A stretch of 27,795 nucleotides of DNA, taken from the NCBI GenBank assembly GCA_047611865.1, contig JBLFWS010000027.1:1-27795 (forward strand), given 5' to 3'. Numbering within the stretch: position 1 is the first letter of the stretch; every line of letters begins with the position of its first letter. This stretch comes from Chlamydiales bacterium. Lineage in GTDB: Bacteria > Chlamydiota > Chlamydiia > Chlamydiales > JBDQID01. A model generated the notes under the pieces. That model searched no databases, was not told the origin of the DNA, and was given only the letters and a program-made list of their open reading frames with translations. This document shows positions 18,501 to 26,500 of the stretch, piece by piece. A program made the position numbers and the translations under genes.

Positions 18501-21429
18501 GTCTTTCGGCTATATGGTCTTTACTTTCTTTTAATTGCTGAGGTTCTTTGAATAGTCTCCCTAGAAGCTCTTCTGAGATATTATGTATAAAGTCTTCACG
18601 GAGTGTGCCTTCGAAGCCTTCTTCAGCATCTGGTGTAGTGGTTTGAGAGGGCTCGATTGTTAGAGATTCATCGGCAAAGTCTTCCTGTATGAAGTTTTGA
18701 TCTAGGAGTTCTGCCAGGGTCCACTTATGCTGTTTTTTAGCGTTTCCGTCTTTCTGTACTGGGAATCTGAATATTTCTTTGATAAGATTTTCAAATCCTA
18801 AGGCTACAACTTCAGCGAACCTTTGCTCTGGATCTTCTTGGTAGAGTGAAGGGTGTATTGATAATGTGCTGTGTTCCCCATGATCGAGTGTTACCTCGAA
18901 GTCAGTGCTGTCCGTTTCTATGGAGAATTCGGCGGTTTCTTCGTATGGCCCTTGTTCTGTAAAGATGATTTCTTCTCTTGGGAGGAGTGGGGTCAGGGTG
19001 AGACTTATTTCTTCTCTTGTGGCGTGCTCTTCCATACCCAGCTTTTCAAGTAACTGAGATTTTTCTTCTTCGCGAGCCATTTCTTCTTCGTGAATCTGCT
19101 TCTCTATGGACTGGATTCTCTCTTCTTCGATGTCCATTTGCTCGTCTATTTCGGCTACTTGTGATTGGTATATACTCTTCTCGAAGATATTTTGGATGAT
19201 TTCCTGGGTGAGTTCTTCGTCGGCATTGTCTTCTCCAAGCTGTGCGATAATTTCCTCTGTTGTGAGTTTCTTGTGGTGAGTATTTCCGTTGAGGATGTCT
19301 GCGACGATTTCATCTGTAAGCCATTCATCAGCATCATCTTCACCAATGAGGGAGAAGATTTGTTCCTCGGAGAGTTTTTGTGTTCTATCTTTGTATCGAG
19401 GTCTCTTAATGAGAGAGTCAGGTATTGGCAGTGAAATATTGAGGCCGTGGAGTGATCGGGCTTCGACGCTTTCGTCTGCTGTGGAGCTTTGTGTATCCAT
19501 GCCTTCGAAGAGAACTTGTGTGATTTTCTCCACCTTCTCGTCGAGTAGGCTTTTTGTGTCGTCCCGTATGAGTTGGATTCCTTTTTTTTGTCTTCGGGGC
19601 TGATCTTGTTGTTGCTGTTTCTTTTCGCGGCTTTTTTTGATTTTTTGAATGTCTTCTTCGGAGAGCTCCTCGTCGGCGGATTCTGTGAACTCTTCTTTTG
19701 TAACGTTTTCGAGTTCTTCGTCGGCGGTGTTTCCTTCGAGCCAGGTACCTTGGATAACTTCGTCCGCTTCGATAGGTATATCGGCTTCTGCTGCTTTCGC
19801 GGCTTTTTCTTCTTTTGTATCTGTGGCAGAAGGGATTCCTGTAAATTCCTCTTCCAGCATTTCTTCGATAATTTCTTCTTCCTCTTCTTCTCTTTGTTTG
19901 GCTGCCTGGGCAACTTTTGAAATCTCTTCGCTGGGAGCTTTGGCGAGAGGAGCTTTTTCTTCGATGACTTCTTCTTCGTCTCCGATGGCTCCGAGTTTGC
20001 TGGCTTCGATTTTCTCCATGTCAAGGTAGCTGTAATGTAGAGGTTTACCGATGGAGTTGTTTATTCTTTCCAGAGATATTTGCATCTCAGCATAGGAGGT
20101 GAGGGAATTTATTTTAGAGAAGAGGGTTTCGGCCTCGAGCCTTAGGACTTCTTTTCCGGCATATTCTCCCAGTTTCTCCCCCTTTCTGATAGCTTCAAGC
20201 AGGCGAGATTTTACAGAATAGAGATCTTTTGACAGTTTGTGTTGTGCTATAGAATTCTGATGGAGGAGGAAGGCCAGCCGGACCTGTGTCAAAATTCCGA
20301 TTGAGATGGAAAGGCGTTCTCTTTGTCCCTTTCTTTCTTTTGCTTTGGCAATTCCGCCATAGTTGGCATAGCGTGGAATGGAGAGAAGGTTCCATGCAGC
20401 GCGAATTCCCATGGTACCCCACGCGTTGTTGACCAGGAACTTGTTGCGGTCGTAGTTATAATTAGCAAAGAGTGTAGGACCTGGGAGGTAACTTAAAATG
20501 GTGGCTCGTACCTCATCGGCATCGACCTTTTCTTCGAGGTCCTGAATGAAAAGCTCTGGTCTTGATAGTAGTGCGGTATTTTCGAGTTCCTCAACATTCA
20601 TGGCTATTTTTGAAAGAGGGTGCATACTTATGTCGGCGAGAGAAAAGTCTGATCCGGGTGCAATACCCAAGAGAGATGCGAGCTCAGTTTTGGCGTTGTA
20701 TAGGTCACTTTGGAAAGTTTGTAGACGAATCTGCATTTCGATGAGGCGTTCTTCGTTTTCCAATCCTTCGATTTCGGAAATGGTTTGTTTTTCGATGCGC
20801 TTTTGCAAGAGATCCTGTCTTTCTTTCGCTAGAAAAACAATAGATTGCGCACCTTCGACAGCTTTTTGTGCGATCACGGCTTTCCAGTAGGCTTGAATGA
20901 CATCAAGGATAAGATTTTGCCTCAAGCGGTCGTAGCGTTGTTTGACGATAACGGCGCGATTTTCTTCCTGACGGGAGCGGTAGTATGAGACACCGAAGTC
21001 GAGTAGTCCCCAAAGGGCCGAGAAATCCCGGCGGTTTGTACCGCGTGGTGAGGAAGTGGAACTTCCTGTGGATGTGAGACCTGTAACGAGGGATTTGGCG
21101 TTGGACCCTGCTTCGTTATCGCGGTGACTCCACTCACCGTTGAGGTTAAGGGAGGGTAGCATGGACAATTTTTCCCCTGTGGAGACTTCTTTTTGTATGA
21201 GATATTCTTGTTCGAGGGCTAGCAAATCCAGATTTCGATTTAGCGAAAAGGCGATAAGGTCTTCAAGTTCTAGGGGTCTTTCTGGAAGCTTAGGATAGGA
21301 TTCCATCATCATGAAATCCATGTGTGCTTTTTCGAGGCGTAGATTAGTCATCTCATTGGGAGCCTTGGAGCAACCCACGAGTACGCCGACGGATAAAAGT
21401 ATGATACAGAGATGCCTACGCTTCTTCAT
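15508..21429 (-). CDS. TolC/outer-membrane efflux lipoprotein fused to a ~1500-aa acidic repetitive C-terminal extension
   Basis: Lipobox LVGC and two OEP repeats (SLNRNLDL..LPSLNL..WGLLDFG; ALLSRPEL..YLPGP..WNLL) to ~aa 470, then an in-frame E/D-rich region. Start at ATG 21429 (track uses GTG 21438). Confidence 0.9.
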   Translation of the reverse strand: MKKRRHLCIILLSVGVLVGCSKAPNEMTNLRLEKAHMDFMMMESYPKLPERPLELEDLIAFSLNRNLDLLALEQEYLIQKEVSTGEKLSMLPSLNLNGEWSHRDNEAGSNAKSLVTGLTSTGSSTSSPRGTNRRDFSALWGLLDFGVSYYRSRQEENRAVIVKQRYDRLRQNLILDVIQAYWKAVIAQKAVEGAQSIVFLAKERQDLLQKRIEKQTISEIEGLENEERLIEMQIRLQTFQSDLYNAKTELASLLGIAPGSDFSLADISMHPLSKIAMNVEELENTALLSRPELFIQDLEEKVDADEVRATILSYLPGPTLFANYNYDRNKFLVNNAWGTMGIRAAWNLLSIPRYANYGGIAKAKERKGQRERLSISIGILTQVRLAFLLHQNSIAQHKLSKDLYSVKSRLLEAIRKGEKLGEYAGKEVLRLEAETLFSKINSLTSYAEMQISLERINNSIGKPLHYSYLDMEKIEASKLGAIGDEEEVIEEKAPLAKAPSEEISKVAQAAKQREEEEEEIIEEMLEEEFTGIPSATDTKEEKAAKAAEADIPIEADEVIQGTWLEGNTADEELENVTKEEFTESADEELSEEDIQKIKKSREKKQQQQDQPRRQKKGIQLIRDDTKSLLDEKVEKITQVLFEGMDTQSSTADESVEARSLHGLNISLPIPDSLIKRPRYKDRTQKLSEEQIFSLIGEDDADEWLTDEIVADILNGNTHHKKLTTEEIIAQLGEDNADEELTQEIIQNIFEKSIYQSQVAEIDEQMDIEEERIQSIEKQIHEEEMAREEEKSQLLEKLGMEEHATREEISLTLTPLLPREEIIFTEQGPYEETAEFSIETDSTDFEVTLDHGEHSTLSIHPSLYQEDPEQRFAEVVALGFENLIKEIFRFPVQKDGNAKKQHKWTLAELLDQNFIQEDFADESLTIEPSQTTTPDAEEGFEGTLREDFIHNISEELLGRLFKEPQQLKESKDHIAERLGLIEDFADETLEELVGERTAKIAEEEFEASIEGDILKQITENVMKELFDEPEIIDDSEIAKLGSVKFEDGTRQKINTELTETVLKRLFVDPNPEESIEDLADSLKLSEDFADETIENFQEAAAIDPSIERFEQSLAENQMAKSDYTYEIKTEKDEKVAHPSVDRFEESIREDHTNELTEHVLDRLFIDPHPEESRSEIAEKLGLIEDFADESFHDIAVKENATANEKTFEASIHPESINSLTADTLENLFSEPEKIDETEIAKQSSEKFEGGLREDFLLELTEPVLKRLFIDPNPEESTEDLASRLGLEEDFTDESIDHIFHKETSSKGEEVFEVNVDSTSTEELSLKIRESLFTEPEKIDETEIAKLSSEKFESGLRQDILLELTEPVLKRLFIDPNPEESTEDLAARLGLEEDFTDESIDQVFHKETSYKGEEVFEVNVDSAQTEELSLEIRESLFTEPGKTDFLETVQSNSIKFEENVPQEYSKELTETVIDRLFTDPSPEESLEELKEKLGLQEDYTDEKIDSTETVVTIEDIIANTMVDMTTQFGLSEDFADEHYNDLRPKYISNNAEDGFETSLRQDYEREALNFSYEIPEYEETVITTPSVNTAESNFEISIREDYEFDITTALPEIPVEESIEEIKHSTENPETEEIVKVIPTFDIEKIREIATEDFADESIETIIKSLVASGEETQFETRAGDDYAIKITAHALTQVSEEIAITIETASVSLSHITNLIHEDFADESIEIIIRSLTANNAEEHFETSMGYSEISLEVPLDKATNVKENITDTLLFNESEKYFESFLQEKSPSQVEEITIMPRRRILSDFAEQRFEEITPLVQEIQVEQDSTVIAIPIEHYLFEDSADESIENIIKSLIAKGAEHRFEASLAEEEEEDMSVDEEIQTIKFTTAKEIVLSIQEQIEQIPQEDFADESIESVLRSLTASNEESHFESRVQHEYKDKLAKEILSRMQKKEKKEKSKKQTSSNRNGDVNGKR
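17117..17740. repeat. 312-bp (104-aa) intragenic tandem duplication
   Basis: 17117-17428 and 17429-17740 align at offset 312 with high identity (EPEKIDETEIAK..LELTEPVLKRLFIDPNPEESTEDLA.RLGLEEDFTDESID). Confidence 0.9.
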
Positions 21430-21563
21430 CACACTCACATTAATCTAGGTGCCAGTCTTTAATTGAATACCCTTAAGCTATTATGAATTATTAAATATGG
21501 GCATTCACCAGAGTCATTTATGCATGATCTATGCCAGTAGATTTCGAGAGTGTGGAGATGGGG

Positions 21564-21608
21564 ACAGGATAGGCAGGATGGGAAGGATGAACAGGATGAA
21601 CAGGATGA
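21564..21608. repeat. 9-bp tandem repeat, 5 units
   Basis: ACAGGATAG GCAGGATGG GAAGGATGA ACAGGATGA ACAGGATGA. Confidence 0.85.
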
Positions 21609-21632
21609 TTTGATAGGCAGGCTGGAGGTTTT

Positions 21633-23198
21633 TTAGGGCGCCGTGGGGGGCTGAGGTTTATTCAAATGTTTTATAAAATCATCGTGGCTGGGGTATTGAC
21701 TCGCTAAATGAGATAGATGTTCCTGGAAGCCTTCTATGCGTTCTTTTATTTCTGTGCCCTCGTGAAACTTGAGAGATACAGGAGTTTTTTTAGGCAGGTA
21801 GTGCATTCCTGTAAGAAGTCTCTCGTGTCCATGAGTACCAAACATATTACCAGAAAAATTAGAGTTTAAGAGATGTTCATTTTTTCTTATTAAAATTCCA
21901 TTATGCCATCTTTCCAAGCGGTCTTTTACTCCATCGGGGATGACGAGGGAATGCTTGTTTGCTTTCCAAAATTCAGAGTCTTCTCTTGATGTAGTACAAT
22001 AATGAAGAACAATGAAGTCCATGGTGCTATCATACTTTTCTGCCATAATGCGGTTGTATTCGGCCTGCAGAAATGGATCGGAGCGCTTGGAGGGAAAGTA
22101 ACTAAGGATATTTTCTATTCCGATCTTTGCAAGTAGTAATCCTGTAGATTCTAAAGGTTCAATAAATCCTCCAGAAAGGCCGACTGCGATACAGTTCTTA
22201 ACCCAAAATCTTTTCGATCTTCCGACTCTCATTTTAATGTGTCGAGATGTGGTGTTGTCAGATCTTTTCCCAAGAAATGTTCTGAACTCCAGTTCCGCCT
22301 TTCTTTTATTGGTAAAAGAACTGGAATAGACGTATCCAAAGCTGATACGGTCTGCAAGGGGAATTTCCCATACCCACCCATTACTTAAAGCTGTAGCTGT
22401 TGTATAAGAGTTTAAATCTTGGGATTTACGGGGAATTTGTAATACGACGGCATGATCACAGAGGAGCGAATCGGAATAGGAGATAAAAGGTTCTTTCAAA
22501 GTGCTTTCCAATAGCTCACTTCTAAAACCGCTACAGTCAATAAATAAGTCACCATGGAGTTTACCGTTCTTTTCGGTATGTAGAAAATCAATTTCGCCTG
22601 AGTCATTTTGGGATACACCTTTGACAGTGTCCTGTATGTGTTGTAGCCCATTTCCGATAGCGGATTTTTTGCAGTATTCTCCAAGTAAGCTTGCATCAAA
22701 ATGATAGGCATAACCGATGTCGGCGGAAAATCTCCTTGGGTCTTCCAGATGTCGGGGAGCTTTTTTCATGTTCATCAGAAAATCGGCAGGAGAAATGTTG
22801 ATGGGAAAGGGGGGCTTTCCTGTGGCAGAATACTGAGAAACCCACCATTCGAGGATTCGGTAACCCTCTAATTGTATAGTGTTTTGATCAAAAGGGTAGT
22901 GCCAGACATCATCTTTTGCCTTCCCTGACCAGTTCACAAATTTAATTCCTAGTTTTATAGTTCCGTTGCAGTGGGAGAGCCAGTGGGCCTCTGGAAACTC
23001 AAGATCTTCTAAGAAGGTCATAATGGCAGGTACTGTAGCCTCTCCGACACCAACACTGGGAATATTGGGTGACTCTATAAGGGTAATACCGATCTTGGGA
23101 TTGTTTTTAAGATTGAGAAATTTAGAAAGGTAGGCCGCTGTCATCCAGCCTGCACTGCCGCCACCGAAAATAACGATCTTGCGTATTTCTTGGTCCAT
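21633..23198 (-). CDS. Flavin-dependent halogenase, tryptophan halogenase (PrnA/RebH) family
   Basis: GGGSAGW (FAD), VGEAT, GTIKLGIKF (catalytic Lys position), DCSGF, WVWEIPL (WxWxIP), FIEPLESTG and HYCTTSREDSEFW. Confidence 0.93.
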   Translation of the reverse strand: MDQEIRKIVIFGGGSAGWMTAAYLSKFLNLKNNPKIGITLIESPNIPSVGVGEATVPAIMTFLEDLEFPEAHWLSHCNGTIKLGIKFVNWSGKAKDDVWHYPFDQNTIQLEGYRILEWWVSQYSATGKPPFPINISPADFLMNMKKAPRHLEDPRRFSADIGYAYHFDASLLGEYCKKSAIGNGLQHIQDTVKGVSQNDSGEIDFLHTEKNGKLHGDLFIDCSGFRSELLESTLKEPFISYSDSLLCDHAVVLQIPRKSQDLNSYTTATALSNGWVWEIPLADRISFGYVYSSSFTNKRKAELEFRTFLGKRSDNTTSRHIKMRVGRSKRFWVKNCIAVGLSGGFIEPLESTGLLLAKIGIENILSYFPSKRSDPFLQAEYNRIMAEKYDSTMDFIVLHYCTTSREDSEFWKANKHSLVIPDGVKDRLERWHNGILIRKNEHLLNSNFSGNMFGTHGHERLLTGMHYLPKKTPVSLKFHEGTEIKERIEGFQEHLSHLASQYPSHDDFIKHLNKPQPPTAP

Positions 23199-23390
23199 AG
23201 TTCTTTAGGCCAATATTGATATTTTGGGACTATACAAGTTTATTTTATACTATCGTTAATTTTAATTTAACCCTAGTGCTCTGCATAGTTTAAGATTTTG
23301 TGTCGCACTTTCAGTGTATATGGGTAAAGCTAAGGAATAAATTTCTACGGGGTTGTTGCATAACTTAATACGTTTACAATCATTTATTTA

Positions 23391-23507
23391 ACCACAGAGA
23401 GCACCGAGAACACAGAGAGGTAGAAAAATGCATAAAGTCTCTCAGAATATGCTATCAACTGATCTGTGATTTTTTATTTTCTCTGTGCCCTCTGTGATCT
23501 CGGTGGT
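23391..23507. repeat. Inverted pair of 3x9-bp arrays (CACAGAG family)
   Basis: ACCACAGAG AGCACCGAG AACACAGAG (23391-23417) and CTCTGTGCC CTCTGTGAT CTCGGTGGT (23481-23507). Confidence 0.85.
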
Positions 23508-23575
23508 AAAATTTTAATTATAAACCTCTTGTAGACGCATGTTTTATGCATATGTACTTTCAGTGCTCAATTCGA

Positions 23576-26500
23576 TTATCTACTGAACCAGTTGTTAAAG
23601 AAGTTTCTGAAGAACGAAGAGGTTTCTTTGGTCGTTTCGTCTTGAGGGTCTGGAGTGATGTCGGCGCTCAGGCCACCACTTCTTTCTTGTCTATCATCTT
23701 GAGATTTATCTATTGCGGACTTGTGCTTGCCGAGAGTTTTAGAGACTTTATAGAAAGCCTCATTAGTTTTGGTTTTAGTGGGGTCCATTTCCTGTGTAGT
23801 CATGCCATGGAAAAAGTTGGTACCAGTGCCTTTACTCATATGTTGCATGGCCTTTGTTACTGAAGAAGCACGGTGTATGGGAGTCTTTCCTGGTGTCACT
23901 TTTGGTGGAGCCTCACTTGGAGATTTACTTATAGGTGATCCTCTGGATGCGATGATAGAAGCACGGGTTTGTTCGTTATCGATATTTGTTTCCTGAACAT
24001 CTTCTGTTGTATCGAGTTTTCCTTCGGGGCTAATTTCTTCTATGGTTTGTACCGGAGTAGTTTTAGGGGACTCTTGGGGAGCTGGAGCCTCGGTAGAGGG
24101 AGCTTTTACCTCTACTTCATCCTCATCGTTGTTCACTCCAGTTGTTTCTCCTCGGAGAAGTACGGTGGTAGAGCCTTCTTCTAGTATATCAAAGGTTGAA
24201 AGATTTTCTGAAGCTTCAGCTGCCAGGTCTTGGCTTGATGTCTCTGTCTGAGAGTGGGCTATATCAGAAGAGGACTGGACTGCATGTACTATTTCCTCTG
24301 AAATGGTATCAGCTGGACTTGAAACTTCAGTACTATTTTGGATATCTTGGAGTATCTTGGTGCTTTCATCGGGGGTGTCCTCTACTTTCTTCAGAGGCGT
24401 CTGCACTTCTTCAGCAAGAATACCGCTGTCTATATTGACGGCTATGGGCAGGTCGTCAATGGGTCGTATCTCTATGTTAAATGTCTTGCTTTGTGGTGCT
24501 GAGCCAGAGGAATCTACAATAGTGAAGGAGAAGGAGTCGCTGATGGTGTCACTATCATCATGGTTATAGGAGAGGCGCCCTTTATTGATGTCATCTTGTG
24601 TGATGCTGTCCCCAGGATGGAGGTCATTTCCATTAAGTCTTAGCTGCCCGTGTTTTGGTAGTCCATCGAGAGTATAGACGAGACTAGTGGCTGAGTCATC
24701 GGCATCAAGGGCTTCCAAGAGGGCTTTGTCGATGGTTGATGATGCACCTTCATTGAGTGTAAGGGTGTTGAGTTCAATGAAAATTGGGCTATCATTGAAG
24801 GGCCTGACCTCAATGTTGAAAGTCTTTTGTGAGGTAGTTCCTCCGGCGTTGTCGATGACGACGAATGTGAAGACATCGACGTTGCCCTCACCACCACCGT
24901 GCTCGTAGGTAATTAGACCACTATTAATGTCTTGTTGCGTAAAGGAAGAACCGGCATTGAGGGATACGCCATTTCTCTTGAGTGTGCCGTGAGTAGGTAG
25001 ACCTTGTATAGTGTACTCAAGAGCGAGGTTATCGTTATCGACATCGGAGGATGAGAGGTGGGTTTCTTTGAGGGTTTGTGTGGCCCCTTCGTCAAGGGTG
25101 AATGCACTTACCATGATGTTGGTAGGACCATCATTCAATGGGTTGATATTAATATTATAGAGGCGTTCAACAGTGACGTTTCCTGCATCATCAGTGACAA
25201 CGAAGCGGAAGGTGTCATGAGTTGATTCGTTACCACTGTGCACGTAAGAGATGAGGTTATTGTTTACGTCTTGCTGGGTAAAGGTATCTGAAAGTGTAAG
25301 AGCAATTTCGCCGAGTTTGAGCATTCCGTGTGAGGGCATTCCGTTGAAAGAGTATATGAGTTGATCAGCGGGGGTATCAGGGTCGATGACATTAAGTTTA
25401 TCGTTTCCAAGACCTGCCGAGGCGCCTTCGTCAAGGACGAGGGGGTTGTGGTGGTGAGGGTCAGGGGCGTCGTTTACGGAAATGACATCTATGATATATG
25501 TTTTCTCAGGAGTTTCTCCACCATCGGGGTCGGTGACTTTGAAGGTGAATTGGTCTTTATTTCCTTCCGATCCACTATGTTTGTAGGATACGAGCCCCGC
25601 ACGTATTTCGGCTTGAGTGAACGTTCTATTCTTGGTTAAGGCAATACCATTTTTCACCAGGCTGCCGTATGTTGGAGCCTCCAGGATGGAGTATACCAGT
25701 TGTTCCTCTGGAGTGTCTCTATCGACAATGTGGAGTAAGATTTCATCAAATACGACTTCCTCACCTTCTAATACCTCGATAGTTCCGTGGTGATCATGGA
25801 TTGGGTCATCATTAACGGGGTATATAGATACGTGGTAGAGTCTTGAAGGAGTTGAGTTACCACCGTCATCAGTTACGTTGAATACAAAGGTATCATCAGT
25901 GGTTTCGCTACCATTATGCACGTAAGAGATGGTGTTATTATTGACATCGGCTTGTGTGAAGGTGTCGTTTAGACCGAGTGCGGTGCCTGCGTTTTCCAGA
26001 TGTCCATTATCAGGAGCTTCCAGGATTTTGTACACGAGGTCTTCCGGGGAGGTATCTGGGTCGATAACATTGAATCTTTCGTTAGTAATACCGACAGATT
26101 CACCCTCAAAGACAGCGAGAGGATTGTTGTGGTCGGGTATTGGTGCGTCGTTTACGGGGTTGATGATGAAGTTGTATTCGGTAGCCAATAAGAAATTACC
26201 AGAGTAGTCATAGGCATGGAAGTGGAAATGGTCAGTGGTATTTTCACTGCCATCGTGTTGGTAGCTAATTAAGCCAGCCTCCAGGGTGGAGTAACTGAAG
26301 GTGTCATATTTGTCCATGATACTACCATTTACCATGAGGTTTCCGCTATGTGCGTTTCCAGTGAGCATATAGACGACGTCTTCTGCGGGTACAGCTTGTT
26401 CGTGAACATGTAAATTGTCCGAAGTCAGAGAAATTGAAGCTCCTTCGTCGAGAGTGGATTCATAGACGATGGGTGCCGGGCTTCCTGCTCCAGTATATAG

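Noticed and set aside
19155..20024. 289-aa Lys-rich alternative-frame ORF inside the TolC tail, possible overlapping gene or frameshift
   Set aside because: This is the expected shifted reading of GAA-rich codons, and the main frame is uninterrupted.
15494..20029. Many Ser/Phe-rich plus-strand ORFs
   Set aside because: Antisense shadows of Glu/Asp-rich codons.
825..23198. One pathway linking the halogenase to tyrosine catabolism or pyomelanin
   Set aside because: The loci are ~15 kb apart and separated by repeat and IS scars, and intact hmgA and fahA argue for degradation rather than pigment accumulation.
23576..24450. RTX, autotransporter or sortase signal at the adhesin C-terminus
   Set aside because: No GGxGxD nonamers, beta-barrel pattern, LPxTG or TM anchor is visible.
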